A stretch of 57,677 bases of DNA from Candidatus Falkowbacteria bacterium. GTDB taxonomy: Bacteria; Patescibacteriota; Patescibacteriia; Patescibacteriales; UBA12465. The notes beneath the pieces are model-generated. The model made no database searches. It was not told where the DNA came from and saw nothing but the letters and a program-made list of their open reading frames with translations. A program made the translations under genes and the position numbers. The stretch spans positions 1 through 57,677 of the forward strand of contig PWHG01000057.1 of assembly GCA_003554785.1 (NCBI GenBank), given 5' to 3'. Of the stretch, positions 57,101 through 57,677 are shown in pieces (the first letter of the stretch is position 1; each line of letters begins with the position of its first letter).

Positions 57101-57356
57101 CCGCTATTCCTAAACGACTTTTTTTATTAGAACCAGAGAAAATAATATCTTCTCCCTTTTTTCCTCTTAAGGTTTTAACACTCTGTTCCCCTAAAACCCA
57201 GCGAACTGCGTCAGCTATATTTGATTTGCCCGATCCATTGGGACCAACTATAGAGGTAATACCTTTTTTCCCATCTTTGGACTGAGCAGAGAATTCCAAC
57301 TTGTTTTTATTAGCAAAAGATTTAAAACCTTGAATTTCTAATTTTTCTAAATACAT
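54174..57356 (-). CDS. smc: SMC-family ATPase, no recognisable hinge
   Basis: QGFKSF, GPNGSGKSN, IIGQG, LSGGE, LDEVDAALDEAN, ITH; ATG at 57356 preferred. Confidence 0.92.
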   Translation of the reverse strand: MYLEKLEIQGFKSFANKNKLEFSAQSKDGKKGITSIVGPNGSGKSNIADAVRWVLGEQSVKTLRGKKGEDIIFSGSNKKSRLGIAEVSLFLKNEKKDKKGEKKDTNEISPFDYDELIITRRLTRNGDSEYLINNNRVRLLDIQILLAKANIGQKTYSIIGQGLVENFLNTSATEKKEFFDEATGVKSFQIKRDGALNKLEKSYDNLSQLEMLLTEISPRLKTLTRQVEKIKKRDKLETDLKNSQHIYYNHFYHKYASKLENLNQEILSLEEKISKKEKELKKTLEENKKFSQLTISPEEEALKEEIKEKHEKKNQLVKKQVQLQTEISLNLENQGNYDLSWLNNKKDELLNKKKDIKNQIEEEKTNQLLKKEEELKANWQKLQSESSQLEKDKEKKERTWEELNQLQEKLIRTNTVLESKMERKNNYDFQKNKETENSLKQSIEENNTDLSKYNLDDYIKKVEKLENELNVFDKSIKEKRETLKHLNQEIEEKSKQGIGKKTINQEINQFLNDLKEIEKEKNLEKIKELITKARQNFKEKVKELVGFDEEKLLAKIKDTQEDIISLSEKRQGKNEDLNNTKWHLSQKTREKEQKETKKKELEEQLKTIKKEADNILNDQEFNELEKEKSQLQDKIREKKDFLENLNIDKLSQRLNKEKEELKEKLNDCRFKISSKEEKIKLLEQNYFNIKREIEDIEDKINRSQNIASKDELKTQKDKIEKKIVTLEKDIKTIKESLEEYANKRQTEKEQLINNQKRADDLRSIIEKNNTLLHQYQLEATRQETKLEDLEETIKNENLNLIDIKKPLEVKDINPEEIDYSQLLKKISNYKKQLEQIGSLDPETESEYQKTKERYDFLVQQTNDLNEAINSLEKIISQLDEQIKSRFEKEFKVIAEKFNQYFTILFGGGQAQIIKQKEKEEGEDDDKNNKSKKWRKRSALGLSGIDIHAIPPGKKIQSIAMLSGGERALTAIALICAIINVNPSPFVVLDEVDAALDEANSEKLAKILEDLSSQTQFIIITHNRATMRRAEILYGITMQSDGISRLLSIKLEEAMKIENKK

Positions 57357-57462
57357 AAAAAATAGTAAAACCGGAAACATGATAAGTGCCGGTAAAAATT
57401 TGTTTTTAATTATATCAATATTATAGTATAATTTTAAAAGAAAGAAAAATAATTATAAATCT

Positions 57463-57677
57463 ATGATAATTTCAATTTCTGGATCGCAAGGCTCAGGAAA
57501 AAGCACAATGGCTAAAAAATTAGCTGCTAAGTTAAATTGGCCACGTTATTATATAGGGGCCCTTAGAAGGCATGCGGCTCTTAAAAGAGGTTTGACACTG
57601 GCTCAGTACAATAAACTAGGAGAGAAAGATTCTAAAACAGATATTGAAGTTGATTTTTATCAAAAAGAATTAGGAGA
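57463..57677 (+). CDS. Archaeal-type cytidylate kinase-like protein, truncated by the window edge
   Basis: MIISISGSQGSGKSTMAKKLA...G.LRR.AA.KRGLTL.QYN...D..VD. Confidence 0.75.
   Translation, partial: MIISISGSQGSGKSTMAKKLAAKLNWPRYYIGALRRHAALKRGLTLAQYNKLGEKDSKTDIEVDFYQKELG

Noticed and set aside
54174-57356. SMC as Wadjet/MksB, SbcC or RecN
   Set aside because: Head motifs are canonical Smc type (GFKSF, LDEVDAALDEAN) and no jet/mks/sbcD neighbours are present.
1-57677. Alternative genetic code (TGA = Gly)
   Set aside because: Long conserved genes are intact under code 11, and folD and the TrmH-family gene end at TGA at expected lengths.

Overview
Origin-proximal chromosomal segment of a very AT-rich bacterium. 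TGA is used as a stop codon (folD, TrmH-family gene), so the genetic code is standard. The content (VirB2/TrbC-like pilin paralogues, Elp3, archaeal-type cytidylate kinase, few Shine-Dalgarno sites) points to Patescibacteria/CPR; this is inference. The window holds dnaN-oriC-dnaA / rpmH-rnpA-yidD-yidC, tig-smpB-tmRNA, eight tRNAs, many housekeeping genes, nine pilin-like genes (seven in tandem) and a small Fic islet at tRNA-His. Best candidate for an undescribed system: an elp3-glyA-folD-recQ operon ending in a Trm9/ALKBH8-like methyltransferase, suggesting a eukaryote/archaea-type mcm5U34 tRNA pathway in a bacterium; mnmE/mnmG are absent from their usual place after yidC. Other highlights: three parS-like palindromes with a non-canonical core, an SMC with no recognisable hinge, a pilin array next to a GT-C/GT2 glycosylation pair, and a conserved N73-C-A (not CCA) tRNA 3' end. 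All protein calls come from motifs recognised by eye; no database searches were run.
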